DNA of 39,352 nt from Christensenella sp. UBA1750. GTDB lineage: Bacteria; Bacillota; Clostridia; Christensenellales; UBA1750. A model generated the notes under the pieces. It was not told the DNA's origin. It was given only the letters and a program-made list of their open reading frames with translations, and did not search any database. The translations under genes and the position numbers were made by a program. Positions 19,686 to 28,974 of this stretch are shown in pieces. The DNA is taken from positions 13,099 to 52,450 of the forward strand of contig DCHO01000041.1 of assembly GCA_002315655.1 (NCBI GenBank), written 5' to 3'. Positions within the stretch are counted from its first letter, which is position 1. Every line of letters starts with the position of its first letter.

Positions 19686-20738
19686 TTACTTCTTGGCGTT
19701 CGCCTTTTCACAGGCCTCAAACAGGCCGTTTAAGTAAGTTGCACCCAAAGCACGGTCATAAAGGCCGTAGCCCCATCTACCGACCTCGCCCCAGATCATG
19801 CGTCCATGGTCGGGACGGACATAACCGTCAAAGCCGTTGTCCACCAACGCCTTGGTGATTTCGTACATATCGAGCGACCCGCCGCAGGAGAGGTGACCGC
19901 GCTCCTCAAAGGAGCCGTCGTCCATAAGCAGCACGTTTCTCATGTGCAAAAAGCCGATGCGGTCTTTCTCGGCGTACTTGCGTACCATCTTGGGAATGTC
20001 ATTGAAGGACGCACAGCCCAAGGAGCCGGTGCAGAAGGTCAAGGAGTTGGCAGGGCTGTCCACGATGGCAAGCATTCTGTCTAAGTTCTTCTCGCAGGTT
20101 ATGATGCGGGGCAGGCCGAAGATGGGATAGGGCGGGTCGTCGGGATGGATGGCCATGCGCACGCCGCACTCTGCCGCCACGGGAATGACTTCCTTGAGGA
20201 AATGCTCCAAGTTCTTCCACAGGCCTTCCTCGCCCAGGGAACCGTAGGCGATCAGCAGCTCTTTCAGTTCTTCCTTCTCATAGGAAGCGTCCCAGCCGGG
20301 CAGATCGAGGCCGTCATTGATGGGGTCGATGCCTTCCAGCTGCTTCATATACATGACCAGGGAGGTGGAGCCGTCGGGCGCCATTTTGTCCATCTGGGTG
20401 CGCGTCCAGTCGAAGACGGGCATGAAATTGTAGCACACGCACTTGACCCCGGCCTTGGCGCATCTTCTGATGTTTTCCTTGTAGTTCTCGATGTACTCAT
20501 CGCACTTTCCGCGTCCAAGCTTAATGTCCTCATGGACGGGGATGCTCTCGACCACATCAAAGACGAGGTTGTGCTTTGCACATTCGGCAGCGATTTCGTC
20601 GATGCTTTCCTGGCTCCACACCCCGCCGGGCTTCACGTCATAGACGGCGGAGACGATGGAGTGCATATTGGGGATCTGGGAGATGTACTGCAAAGACACA
20701 GGATCGTCCTTGCCGTACCAACGAAATGACATTTTCAT
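19686..20738 (-). CDS. uxuA: Mannonate dehydratase
   Basis: MSFRWYG, VESIPVHEDIK, CYNFMPVFDWTRT, HPDDPP, RPDHG, GYGLYDRALG. Start moved to ATG 20738 (RBS AAGGAG). Confidence 0.96.
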   Translation of the reverse strand: MKMSFRWYGKDDPVSLQYISQIPNMHSIVSAVYDVKPGGVWSQESIDEIAAECAKHNLVFDVVESIPVHEDIKLGRGKCDEYIENYKENIRRCAKAGVKCVCYNFMPVFDWTRTQMDKMAPDGSTSLVMYMKQLEGIDPINDGLDLPGWDASYEKEELKELLIAYGSLGEEGLWKNLEHFLKEVIPVAAECGVRMAIHPDDPPYPIFGLPRIITCEKNLDRMLAIVDSPANSLTFCTGSLGCASFNDIPKMVRKYAEKDRIGFLHMRNVLLMDDGSFEERGHLSCGGSLDMYEITKALVDNGFDGYVRPDHGRMIWGEVGRWGYGLYDRALGATYLNGLFEACEKANAKK

Positions 20739-20815
20739 AGGGATTTTCTCCTTCAAAATAGATTTATTTTTAAATATTCCTTGATTTGTTGGTTTATTTT
20801 TTCCAATTTAAAAAC

Positions 20816-21487
20816 TTACCCGATAAACGCCCGCTCATTAACCACAAGCTGCCCGTGCCCCGGTGCGATGATGAGCGGATTGATGCCGAAAATCTTGAGC
20901 TCGCTGCGGTAGATCTCCTTCACGTCCTCCCCGATAAAGGCAGTGTAATACTCGCCTTTTTTTGCGGAGATCGCATCCCCCGCATAGAGCACACGCCCTT
21001 GCAGAATGCCCATGGAGCCCAAGGTGTGCCCGTGGAGCATCACGACCTCCTCATCAAAGCCCAGCTTGTGCAGCGCGTCGGTGTCCCGATCGGTTAAGTA
21101 AATATCCACGTCGCACGGGGGAGCGGTATTAACCTGCATGGCCTTATTTCCCAATATGGCCATATTCCTTCCCTTTTCTGAGGTGGACGTCAGCGGGCGG
21201 ATCACCTTTGAGCCCAGAATTTCCCGGTCACATTCGTGCATAATTATCTTTGCGCCATACTTTTCTTTCAGGAATCGTGCACTCCACGAATGGTCAAAGT
21301 GTCCATGGGTGAGAAAGACCCACTTGATGGAAAAGCCGTTACTCCTGATCCAGCGGTCGATCTGTCGCGTATTGTGAATGCTCCCCGTGTCGATGAGCAG
21401 ATCGCCGTATTTTCCCCGCAGCACATAAACCAGCGGTTTATCCGGAGAATGCCCGGTGCACATGATAATCTTTTTGTTCCCGATCAT
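20816..21487 (-). CDS. Metallo-beta-lactamase-fold hydrolase
   Basis: LIDTG, THGHFDH, HGHTLGS, GDA, PGHG. Start moved to ATG 21487 (RBS GGAGAGG). Confidence 0.88.
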   Translation of the reverse strand: MIGNKKIIMCTGHSPDKPLVYVLRGKYGDLLIDTGSIHNTRQIDRWIRSNGFSIKWVFLTHGHFDHSWSARFLKEKYGAKIIMHECDREILGSKVIRPLTSTSEKGRNMAILGNKAMQVNTAPPCDVDIYLTDRDTDALHKLGFDEEVVMLHGHTLGSMGILQGRVLYAGDAISAKKGEYYTAFIGEDVKEIYRSELKIFGINPLIIAPGHGQLVVNERAFIG

Positions 21488-21580
21488 AGGTTTCCTCTCC
21501 GCCCTGTTTCTCAAGCTGTATCTATTATACACGACCCAAGGCCAATTTGCCACACAAACTTATAAATTCTTAGATTTTAC

Positions 21581-21609
21581 TTGTATTAACCCGCTATATC
21601 TGCTAAAAT
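21581..21609 (+). promoter_or_regulatory. sigmaA promoter with extended -10
   Basis: TTGTAT (21581-21586), 17 nt, TAAAAT (21604-21609) preceded by TGc. Confidence 0.65.
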
Positions 21610-21649
21610 ATACACATCATCAATCTCACGAAAAAAGGAGAGTACAAAT

Positions 21650-22501
21650 ATGCCTTACGTTTCTACGATGGAAATCTTCAAAGACGGTCTTGCAAAAGGC
21701 TACGGCACCCCCATGTTCAACTGCATCAACTACGAAATGATCCGCTGGTGCATTGAGGTTGCCGAGGAAGAACGTATGCCCGTCATCATCGGCCACTATT
21801 TCGGCTTTGAGACCAACATGGATCCCGCTGTCTCCAAGATGGTCACCAAGTATTACGCCGAGAAGGCAAAGGTTCCCGTTGCCCTGCATCTGGATCACTG
21901 CCCCTCCGCCTCCATCTGCTATGGTCGCATGAAGCACTTCCGTTCCGTTATGATCGACGGCTCTCATTACGATTTTGAAGAGAACGTCCGCATCACCAAG
22001 GATGTTGTCCGCGTTGCACACCAGATGGGCATCGTGGTAGAAGCCGAGCTGGGCAAGGTCGGCTCCGCGGCCAAGTTGGAGGACATCTCCAACCCCGACA
22101 ACTACACCGACGTGATGCAGGCCATCGAGTTTGTCGAGAGAACCAAGTGCGACTCTCTGGCGGTCTCCATCGGCAACGCCCACGGCACCTATGTGTCCGC
22201 ACCCAATCTGGCTTTCGACAGACTGAAGGAGCTGCGTTCCGCGCTTGATCTGCCTCTGGTTCTCCACGGTGGCTCCGGCATCCCCGATGAGCAGTTCGGC
22301 AGATGCGCCGTTGAAGGTATGTCCAAGTTCAACGTCTTTACCGACTTCAACCTGGCTCTCGGCTCCGGCATCATCAAGTCCTACGAGGAAAAGGGCAACA
22401 AGGGCGGTCTCACCATGCTGGTGGACGCCAGAGAAGGCTGCAAGGAAGTCATCCGTCACAAGATGCGCATGGTCAACCCCAAGGGTCTTCATGTGGTGTA
22501 A
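21650..22501 (+). CDS. Class II fructose/tagatose-bisphosphate aldolase-family protein
   Basis: HLDH, MIDGS, VEAELG, SIGNAHG, LVLHGGSG, KFNV motifs. Confidence 0.9.
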   Translation: MPYVSTMEIFKDGLAKGYGTPMFNCINYEMIRWCIEVAEEERMPVIIGHYFGFETNMDPAVSKMVTKYYAEKAKVPVALHLDHCPSASICYGRMKHFRSVMIDGSHYDFEENVRITKDVVRVAHQMGIVVEAELGKVGSAAKLEDISNPDNYTDVMQAIEFVERTKCDSLAVSIGNAHGTYVSAPNLAFDRLKELRSALDLPLVLHGGSGIPDEQFGRCAVEGMSKFNVFTDFNLALGSGIIKSYEEKGNKGGLTMLVDAREGCKEVIRHKMRMVNPKGLHVV

Positions 22502-22514
22502 ATCAGACGATTTC

Positions 22515-22556
22515 GCTCCCGTTTCACGCAGGTTTGCGTGGAACGGGAGTTTTTTT
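22515..22556 (+). terminator. Intrinsic terminator
   Basis: gctcccgtttcacgca / tgcgtggaacgggagt followed by a T-run. Confidence 0.88.
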
Positions 22557-22557
22557 A

Positions 22558-22586
22558 TTGACGAACCGGCGCAAAAAAACTATACT
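22558..22586 (+). promoter_or_regulatory. sigmaA promoter of the BNR-radical SAM-rng operon
   Basis: TTGACG (22558-22563), 17 nt, TATACT (22581-22586). Confidence 0.75.
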
Positions 22587-22627
22587 GTATAAAGGAAGAT
22601 TATGCGCAATCACGGAGGATAACATCT

Positions 22628-23758
22628 ATGTCTGAAATGGCTATGAAAGCCGCGCAAATACTGCATAAACCGACAGCGCTTAAATACAAGGCCGAAGGGC
22701 GGCTGTGGCAGGGCATCGCCTCGATGGAGCGCACAAAGGCCGGGCGCACCTACATCGTCTTTTATTCCGGCCTGCACACCGAGGAAGCGGGCAATTTTGT
22801 GGTGCTCTCCCGGGGCTTTGAGAACGAGCCGAAGGAAAATTGGGAGGACGCGCTCTATGTGATCGAGCACGAAAACCCGGAAATCCGCTGCTTTGACCCC
22901 TGCCTGTGGATTGACCCCAAGGGGCGGCTGTGGTGCACCTGGACGCAGTCCTTCCACAACTATGACGGGCGCGACGGCGTGTGGGCGATAGTCTGCGATG
23001 ATCCTGACGCGGACGACCCGGTCTTCTCCGCGCCCCGGCGCATCGCCAACGGCCTCATGATGAACAAGCCCATCGTGTGCAAAAACGGCGACTGGCTCTT
23101 CCCTTGTGCACTGTGGACGCTGGACTTCTTTGACCCCGCCGAGGAACACCCCGAATGTGCCCGGGAAATCGGCTCCAACGTCTATGTGACCCGCGACGAA
23201 GGCAAGACCTTTACCTATCTCGGCGGCGCGAACGTGCCCGACCGCGCCTTTGACGAACACATGGTGGTGGAACTCAAGGACGGGCGGCTGTGGATGCTGG
23301 TGCGCACGCAGCTCGGCATCGGCGAAAGCTATTCCTTTGACGGCGGCATCACCTGGACGCCCGGCTGGGACACCGGCATTTCCGGCCCCAACTCCCGCTT
23401 CTTTGTGCGGCGGCTCAAATCCGGCAGAATCCTTTTGGTCAATCACATGAATTTCCGCTACGGCACCAGAGGAAAGCAGGGCTTCACCACGCGCAACAAT
23501 TTAGTGGCACAACTATCCGAGGATGAAGGCCTGTCGTGGAAGGGCTGCCTTGTGCTGGACACCCGGGACGAGATTTCCTATCCCGACGGTAAGCAGGACG
23601 AAAACGGCGTGATCCACATCGTCTACGACCGGGAACGCTACAAGGCGCGGGAGGTGCTGCTGGCGGCCTTTACGGAAAAGGATATTTTGGAAGGCGGCAT
23701 CGTGACCGAAGGCTCTTACCTGCGCAAGGTCGTCTCCATGGCCATGGGCGAAGAATAA
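22628..23758 (+). CDS. BNR/Asp-box sialidase-fold protein, no obvious signal peptide
   Basis: WQGIAS, Asp boxes TRDEGKTF, SFDGGITW, SEDEGLSW; FDEHMVVELKDGRLWMLVRT, TRNNL, ISYPDG. Confidence 0.82.
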   Translation: MSEMAMKAAQILHKPTALKYKAEGRLWQGIASMERTKAGRTYIVFYSGLHTEEAGNFVVLSRGFENEPKENWEDALYVIEHENPEIRCFDPCLWIDPKGRLWCTWTQSFHNYDGRDGVWAIVCDDPDADDPVFSAPRRIANGLMMNKPIVCKNGDWLFPCALWTLDFFDPAEEHPECAREIGSNVYVTRDEGKTFTYLGGANVPDRAFDEHMVVELKDGRLWMLVRTQLGIGESYSFDGGITWTPGWDTGISGPNSRFFVRRLKSGRILLVNHMNFRYGTRGKQGFTTRNNLVAQLSEDEGLSWKGCLVLDTRDEISYPDGKQDENGVIHIVYDRERYKAREVLLAAFTEKDILEGGIVTEGSYLRKVVSMAMGEE

Positions 23759-23775
23759 TTTCGGAGGACAAAGCA

Positions 23776-25620
23776 TTGCTTTACGACAAAATAGAACCCC
23801 TGCTTCCCAAGGTACAGAAGCCCGCCCGCTACACAGGCGGCGAGGTCAATATGTGCGCAAAAGACCCCGCCTCCATTGCCGTGCGGTTCGCCTTCTGCTT
23901 CCCGGACACCTACGAGATCGGAATGTCGCACCTCGGCATGAAGATTCTCTACCACATTCTCAACAAAAACCCCAATTTCTACTGCGAGCGCGTGTTTGCG
24001 CCGTGGGTGGACATGGAAAAGGAGCTGCGGGAACATGACATTCCGCTCTATTCCCTGGAAACCTTCACCCCGGTCAAGGATTTCGACCTTGTGGGCTTCA
24101 CTCTGCAATATGAGATGAGCTACACCAACATCTTAAATATGCTCGACCTTGCCCACATTCCGCTGACGTGGAAGGAGCGCGACGCGGCAAACGCGCCCTT
24201 TGTGGTGTGCGGCGGCCCCTGCGCCTTCAACCCCGAGCCGCTGCATGAGTTTGTCGATCTGTTCATGGTGGGCGACGGCGAGGAGCAGATTTTAGAGCTG
24301 TGCGAGCACTACAACGCCTGGAAACAACGCGGCGGCACAAGGGAAGAATTTTTGCTGGAAATGGCCAATGTGAACGGCAACTATGTGCCGCGCTTTTACG
24401 AATCCGAGTTTTCGGAGGACGGTAAGTTCTTGGGCACGAAACGTATCCGCGACGATGTACCGGAAGTGGTCAAAAAGCGCGTGATTCCCGACTTGGATTC
24501 CGCCGACTATCCCGACAAGATCATCGTGCCCTTCACCGAGATCATCCACGACCGCGTGATGCTGGAAATCGCCCGCGGCTGCACACGCGGCTGCCGCTTC
24601 TGTCAGGCGGGAATGCTCTACCGTCCCCAGCGCGAGCGCAGCCCCGAAAAGCTGCTGGAACTGGCGCGGAAGCTGCTCTCCTCCACAGGCTATGAGGAAA
24701 TGAGCCTCTCCGCCCTCTCTGCCGGCGACTATTCCCACCTGCCGGAACTCGCGAAAAAGCTGGTGGAGGAACACGGCTGCAACCGGGTGGCGGTGTCCCT
24801 GCCCTCTCTGCGCGTGGACTCCGATGTGTCCGATACGCTGGAATCCACCCAGCAGATTCGTAAGACCGGTCTCACCTTCGCCCCCGAGGCGGGCACCCAG
24901 CGGCTGCGGGACGCCATCAACAAGGGCGTGACCGAGGAACAACTCCGTTCCACCGTCCGCGACGCCTTCTCAAAGGGCTGGAGCGGCGTGAAGCTGTACT
25001 TTATGATCGGTCTGCCCACCGAGACCGACGAGGACTTGGACGGCATTCCGGCACTGGCGCAGGCCACGCTGGATGAATATTTCGCCATACCGAAGGAAGT
25101 TCGGCAGAAAGGGCTGCGCGTCACGGTTTCGGCCTCGTCCTTCGTGCCCAAGCCCTTCACGCCCTTCCAGTGGGAACCGCAGAACACCATCGCGGAGCTG
25201 CAGCGCAAGCAGATGTACTTAAAGGACAAGCTCAAAATGCGCTCCGTCATCTTCAACTGGCATGAGCCGCACCTCTCCTTCTTGGAGGCGGCCTTCGCAA
25301 GAGGAGACCGGCGGCTGTCCGCCGTACTGCTGGCGGCCTTCAAGCGCGGCTGCCGCTTTGACGGTTGGAGCGAGACCTTCAATTTCGATAATTGGATGGC
25401 GGCCTTTGCCGACTGCGGCTATACCTGCGACCAGTTCGCCTATCATCGTTATGACCTTAACGACCCGCTGCCGTGGGACATCATCGACTGCGGCGTGACC
25501 AAGGATTTCCTGAAACGCGAATGGCAGAAGGCGCTGGATGCGCAGGTTTCTCCCGACTGCCGGAAGCAGTGCCACAACTGCGGAATGCGTGAGTTTTGCA
25601 AGGGGGTGTGCGGGAAATGA
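23776..25620 (+). CDS. TIGR03960-type radical SAM protein (B12-binding-like N-terminal domain)
   Basis: KPARYTGGE, FPDTYEIGMSHLG, CxxxCxxC (GCTRGCRFCQAG), KLYFMIGLPTE, C-terminal DCRKQCHNCG; TTG start with GGAGG. Confidence 0.92.
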   Translation: MLYDKIEPLLPKVQKPARYTGGEVNMCAKDPASIAVRFAFCFPDTYEIGMSHLGMKILYHILNKNPNFYCERVFAPWVDMEKELREHDIPLYSLETFTPVKDFDLVGFTLQYEMSYTNILNMLDLAHIPLTWKERDAANAPFVVCGGPCAFNPEPLHEFVDLFMVGDGEEQILELCEHYNAWKQRGGTREEFLLEMANVNGNYVPRFYESEFSEDGKFLGTKRIRDDVPEVVKKRVIPDLDSADYPDKIIVPFTEIIHDRVMLEIARGCTRGCRFCQAGMLYRPQRERSPEKLLELARKLLSSTGYEEMSLSALSAGDYSHLPELAKKLVEEHGCNRVAVSLPSLRVDSDVSDTLESTQQIRKTGLTFAPEAGTQRLRDAINKGVTEEQLRSTVRDAFSKGWSGVKLYFMIGLPTETDEDLDGIPALAQATLDEYFAIPKEVRQKGLRVTVSASSFVPKPFTPFQWEPQNTIAELQRKQMYLKDKLKMRSVIFNWHEPHLSFLEAAFARGDRRLSAVLLAAFKRGCRFDGWSETFNFDNWMAAFADCGYTCDQFAYHRYDLNDPLPWDIIDCGVTKDFLKREWQKALDAQVSPDCRKQCHNCGMREFCKGVCGK

Positions 25621-26288
25621 GAATGATCGCCGAATTTGAAAAATTGGGGCGCATGAGCTGGTTTTCGCATCTTGATCTGCAAAGCACCATGCAGCGCGCC
25701 CTGCGCCGCGCCAAATTGCCGGTGCGCTACTCGCAGGGCTTCAATCCCCATGTGAACCTCTCCTTCGCCACCGCCCTGTCCGTTGGCTTAAACTCCACCT
25801 GCGAAATCTTGGATGTGGAGATGGAAGCCGAGATTTCCCCCGAGGAATTTGTCGAAAAGCTAAATGCCGCCCTGCCCGAAGGTCTCAAATGCCACAAGGC
25901 CGCGCTGATTGACGACAAAGCCCCCGCTTTAATGGCACTTATGAAGGAAGCGGAATACACCATCAAGGTTAAGGGAATCGACCTGACGGAGAAGGTCGAT
26001 GTTTTGCGCAATTCGGAAGAAATCCTCACCGAAAAACGCACCAAAACCACCACAAAGACCGTCAACATCCGCCCGATGATTCACGACCTTTCCTGTTCCT
26101 TTGACGGCGAAACCTCCACCATCTTAGCGGTGCTGGAAAACACAAACGCCAACTGCTTAAAAGTCGATCTGTTCATGCAGGCGTTGTGCGAGGGCACACC
26201 CTTTTCCTCCGTCCGCACGGGCTTTTACGCAAACGGGCAGAGGGGACGCATCCCGCTCTTTGAGGCAGGCGCAGGAACCCTGAAATGA
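25617..26288 (+). CDS. TIGR03936-type radical SAM-linked protein (DUF2344)
   Basis: FSHLDL..RALRRA.LP..YSQGFNPH..LSFA.ALSVG; start moved to the ATGA overlap at 25617. Confidence 0.9.
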   Translation: MRMIAEFEKLGRMSWFSHLDLQSTMQRALRRAKLPVRYSQGFNPHVNLSFATALSVGLNSTCEILDVEMEAEISPEEFVEKLNAALPEGLKCHKAALIDDKAPALMALMKEAEYTIKVKGIDLTEKVDVLRNSEEILTEKRTKTTTKTVNIRPMIHDLSCSFDGETSTILAVLENTNANCLKVDLFMQALCEGTPFSSVRTGFYANGQRGRIPLFEAGAGTLK

Positions 26289-27763
26289 AAAAGGAAATCA
26301 TCATTGACCGGGAACCGGGACTGACCCGCGCCGCCGTTCTGGAGGACGGGAATCTGGCCGAGTTCTATCAGGAAAAGGAAGGCGCGGAAAAGATTTCCGG
26401 CAACATTTACAAGGGCAGGGTGCAAAATGTCGTCTCCGGCATTCAAGCCGCCTTTGTGGACATCGGCACGGACAAAAACGCCTTTCTGTTCTTGGGGGAC
26501 GCGGAAATGGATGCCCGGGACTTCACCTTCGGCGGACAGGCGGACGAAACAGCAAAAGCCGCGCTTTCCGCAAAAAAGGCCGTCAAGAACAATCAGGAAA
26601 TTCTGGTGCAGGCCACCAAGGAGCCGGACGGCGACAAGGGGGCGCGGGTCTCTGCGCACATCGGGCTGCCGGGACGGTATGTGGTGCTGACCCCGCAGGA
26701 CAACTACATCGGCGTTTCCCGCCGCATCACAAACGATGAGGAGCGCACACGGCTGCGGGGCGAAGCCCTCAAGGCCAAGCCGGAATCTTACGGTCTCATC
26801 CTCCGCACCGCCGCCCAAGGCATGAACGCGGAGGAATTAAAGCCGGACATCGACGCGCTGTGTGCCAAATGGGAAACCGTCGAAAAGGCGGGCAAAACCG
26901 CCAAAGCCCCCGCCTGTGTCTATCAGGACGCAGCCTTGACCGTCCGCGTGGTGCGCGACCTTCTGACCGAGGACACGGAACGTCTTCTGCTCCCCGACCA
27001 TGAGACCTATGAAACCGTGATGGACGCACTCCAAGTGACCGCGCCGGAATTGTGCGGCAGGTGTGAGGAATACACCGGCTCCATGCCCATCTTTGACACC
27101 TTCCGCATCGAGAGCAAGCTGGACAAGGCGTTGCAGCACAAGGTCTGGCTCAAATCCGGCGGGTATCTCTACATCGACCCCACCGAGGCCATGACGGTGA
27201 TCGACGTGAACACCGGCAAGTTCACAGGCAGCCGCGAACTGGAGGAAACCTTAATCAAGATCAACTGCGAGGCCGCCGTGGAAATCGCACGGCAGCTCCG
27301 CCTGCGCGACATCGGCGGCATCATCATCATTGACTTTATCGACATGGAGCAGGAAGAAAGCCGGGAAAAGGTGCTCTCCGCCCTCAAAACCGCCCTTAAA
27401 TCCGACAGAAACCGCACCAACGTGGTGGGCTTCACGGGCTTGGGGCTTGTGGAAATGACCCGCCGCAAGCTGCGCACCAAGCTCTCCGGCACGCTGCAAA
27501 CCCTTTGCCCCGTCTGTGAGGGCACCGGGCGCGTCATTCAGCCGGAATTTACCGCACGCAAAGCCCTTAGGGAGTATCGGCGGCAGAAGGCCTCGGGAAG
27601 CAAAGCCACAATCGAAATCAAGCTCAATCCTGCTGTCATGGCGGCCTTAAAGGAGCTTGCTCCCGACCTTGACGCAAAATGCACCGTCATTTCATCCATG
27701 GGGCCAAACGACTATCACGTTGCCCCCGTCATCGGCAAAACGGCAAAGGAGGAGGAAGCATGA
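26285..27763 (+). CDS. rng: Ribonuclease E/G family (RNase G-like)
   Basis: S1 domain GNIYKGRV..AAFVDIG, IDVNTGK, RLRDIGGIIIIDFIDM, Zn-link CPVCEGTG. Confidence 0.93.
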   Translation: MKKEIIIDREPGLTRAAVLEDGNLAEFYQEKEGAEKISGNIYKGRVQNVVSGIQAAFVDIGTDKNAFLFLGDAEMDARDFTFGGQADETAKAALSAKKAVKNNQEILVQATKEPDGDKGARVSAHIGLPGRYVVLTPQDNYIGVSRRITNDEERTRLRGEALKAKPESYGLILRTAAQGMNAEELKPDIDALCAKWETVEKAGKTAKAPACVYQDAALTVRVVRDLLTEDTERLLLPDHETYETVMDALQVTAPELCGRCEEYTGSMPIFDTFRIESKLDKALQHKVWLKSGGYLYIDPTEAMTVIDVNTGKFTGSRELEETLIKINCEAAVEIARQLRLRDIGGIIIIDFIDMEQEESREKVLSALKTALKSDRNRTNVVGFTGLGLVEMTRRKLRTKLSGTLQTLCPVCEGTGRVIQPEFTARKALREYRRQKASGSKATIEIKLNPAVMAALKELAPDLDAKCTVISSMGPNDYHVAPVIGKTAKEEEA

Positions 27764-28164
27764 GCGGCATTGTCTATCGCATTTTCTACCCCGGCATCGT
27801 AGCCGCCCTGCTCTGCGGGCTGTTTCTCATGCTGACCAAATATTCCTCCCGCAAAATGAAAAACGACAAAAAGAAGGTCGCCAAATACGAGATGGTCTTC
27901 TTTGCCGTGCTGGGACTGCTTGGGCTCGGGCTTTCGGTCTATTACAGCTTAGACCTGATTCTCCGCGATTTTTCCCGCTTCACGGGCAAATGCGTCTTTG
28001 ACGGCTCCGAAAATAAGTCCCTAAATTCCGTGCAGTTCGTCTCCGCCGAAGTCTCCGTCACGCTGGGAGTATCCTCCGAAGACAAACAGGAAATGATCGC
28101 CGGGGAGACCTACACCGTGACCTTCGGCAAGCGCACAAAAATGCTGACAGAATTTGAGAAATAA
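27760..28164 (+). CDS. Small hypothetical membrane protein (two TM helices plus a beta-rich tail)
   Basis: Start moved to the ATGA overlap at 27760 with RBS GGAGGAGG; 134 aa; two hydrophobic segments flank a Lys-rich loop. Confidence 0.75.
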   Translation: MSGIVYRIFYPGIVAALLCGLFLMLTKYSSRKMKNDKKKVAKYEMVFFAVLGLLGLGLSVYYSLDLILRDFSRFTGKCVFDGSENKSLNSVQFVSAEVSVTLGVSSEDKQEMIAGETYTVTFGKRTKMLTEFEK

Positions 28165-28210
28165 GGGAAATATTAACGCAAAAGAAACCATCAAAAACCG
28201 CGTTTTTGCA

Positions 28211-28239
28211 TTGACAAGGACACACAACCCCTGTATAAT
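28211..28239 (+). promoter_or_regulatory. Consensus sigmaA promoter of the rplU operon
   Basis: TTGACA (28211-28216), 17 nt, TATAAT (28234-28239). Confidence 0.88.
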
Positions 28240-28244
28240 AAAAA

Positions 28245-28330
28245 GGCCGCATGAGAAGGGTCGTCAATTATCCGTGTCAAAACGGCTAAACCCGCATCAG
28301 CGAGATTGGGTAGAGGAGGTGCTCCCAGAG
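28245..28330 (+). ncRNA. Ribosomal protein L21 leader (cis-regulatory RNA)
   Basis: ~85-nt 5' UTR of rplU with a GCCGC...GGGT...ACCC...GCGAG arrangement as recalled for the Firmicutes L21 leader; boundaries approximate. Confidence 0.6.
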
Positions 28331-28633
28331 ATGTTTGCGATTATCAAGACTGGCGGAAAGCAGTTCAAGGTTCAGAACGGCGATGTGATCTTCGTCGAGA
28401 AGCTGAACGCTGCTATCGGTGAAACCGTTTCTTTCGACGTCCTGATGCTGGAAGACAACGGCGAGGTCAAGATCGGTGCTCCTGTCGTGGAGGACGCTAA
28501 GGTGTCCGGCAAGATTCTTGCTCACGGCAAGGAAAAGAAGATCATGATCTACAAGTACAAGTCCAAGAAGAACTACCATCGTCGTGCAGGTCATCGTCAG
28601 CCTTTCACCAAGGTTGAGATCACCATCGGCTAA
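28331..28633 (+). CDS. rplU: 50S ribosomal protein L21
   Basis: MFAIIKTGGKQFKV...GHRQPFTKVEI; start moved to ATG 28331 (RBS GGAGGTG). Confidence 0.97.
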   Translation: MFAIIKTGGKQFKVQNGDVIFVEKLNAAIGETVSFDVLMLEDNGEVKIGAPVVEDAKVSGKILAHGKEKKIMIYKYKSKKNYHRRAGHRQPFTKVEITIG

Positions 28634-28638
28634 GTCCC

Positions 28639-28974
28639 ATGACGACCGTAGAAGTGTTCCACAAGGGTGACTGTATCGTCGGCTTCAAAGCCCACGGCCA
28701 TTCGGGCTATGGCGAGGAAGGCGAAGATATTGTATGTGCGGCGGTTTCCGCCATCACCCAGACTGCCCTGTTGGGACTTCAAAAGTACGACCCCACCACT
28801 CAAAGCCGCATTGCGGAGGGCGATGAGCCACTGCTTGAAGTGAAGCTCAAAAACCCAAGCCATGACAGCGAAGTGATTCTGCGCACCATGGTCTGCGGCC
28901 TTGAAGACATTTTAGCGGGCGTTCCGCAATTCGTCCGCGTACTCCATATCAGAACGGAGATGAATACGAAATGA
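28639..28974 (+). CDS. prp: Ribosomal-processing cysteine protease Prp (YsxB)
   Basis: [16 protein letters not shown] catalytic His/Cys motif; lies between rplU and rpmA. Confidence 0.93.
   Translation: MTTVEVFHKGDCIVGFKAHGHSGYGEEGEDIVCAAVSAITQTALLGLQKYDPTTQSRIAEGDEPLLEVKLKNPSHDSEVILRTMVCGLEDILAGVPQFVRVLHIRTEMNTK

Noticed and set aside
20757-20815. AT-rich stretch with TTGG-N10-CCAA upstream of uxuA, resembling a UxuR/ExuR operator
   Set aside because: Half-site spacing does not match the recalled AAATTGG-N4-CCAATTT motif and no GntR gene is nearby.
20816-21487. Possible beta-lactam resistance gene
   Set aside because: Generic HxHxDH MBL-fold protein with no signal peptide; nothing indicates a true beta-lactamase.
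28154-28330. 59-aa N-terminal extension of L21 in the ORF track
   Set aside because: The region contains the promoter and leader RNA; the real start is ATG 28331 with its own RBS.
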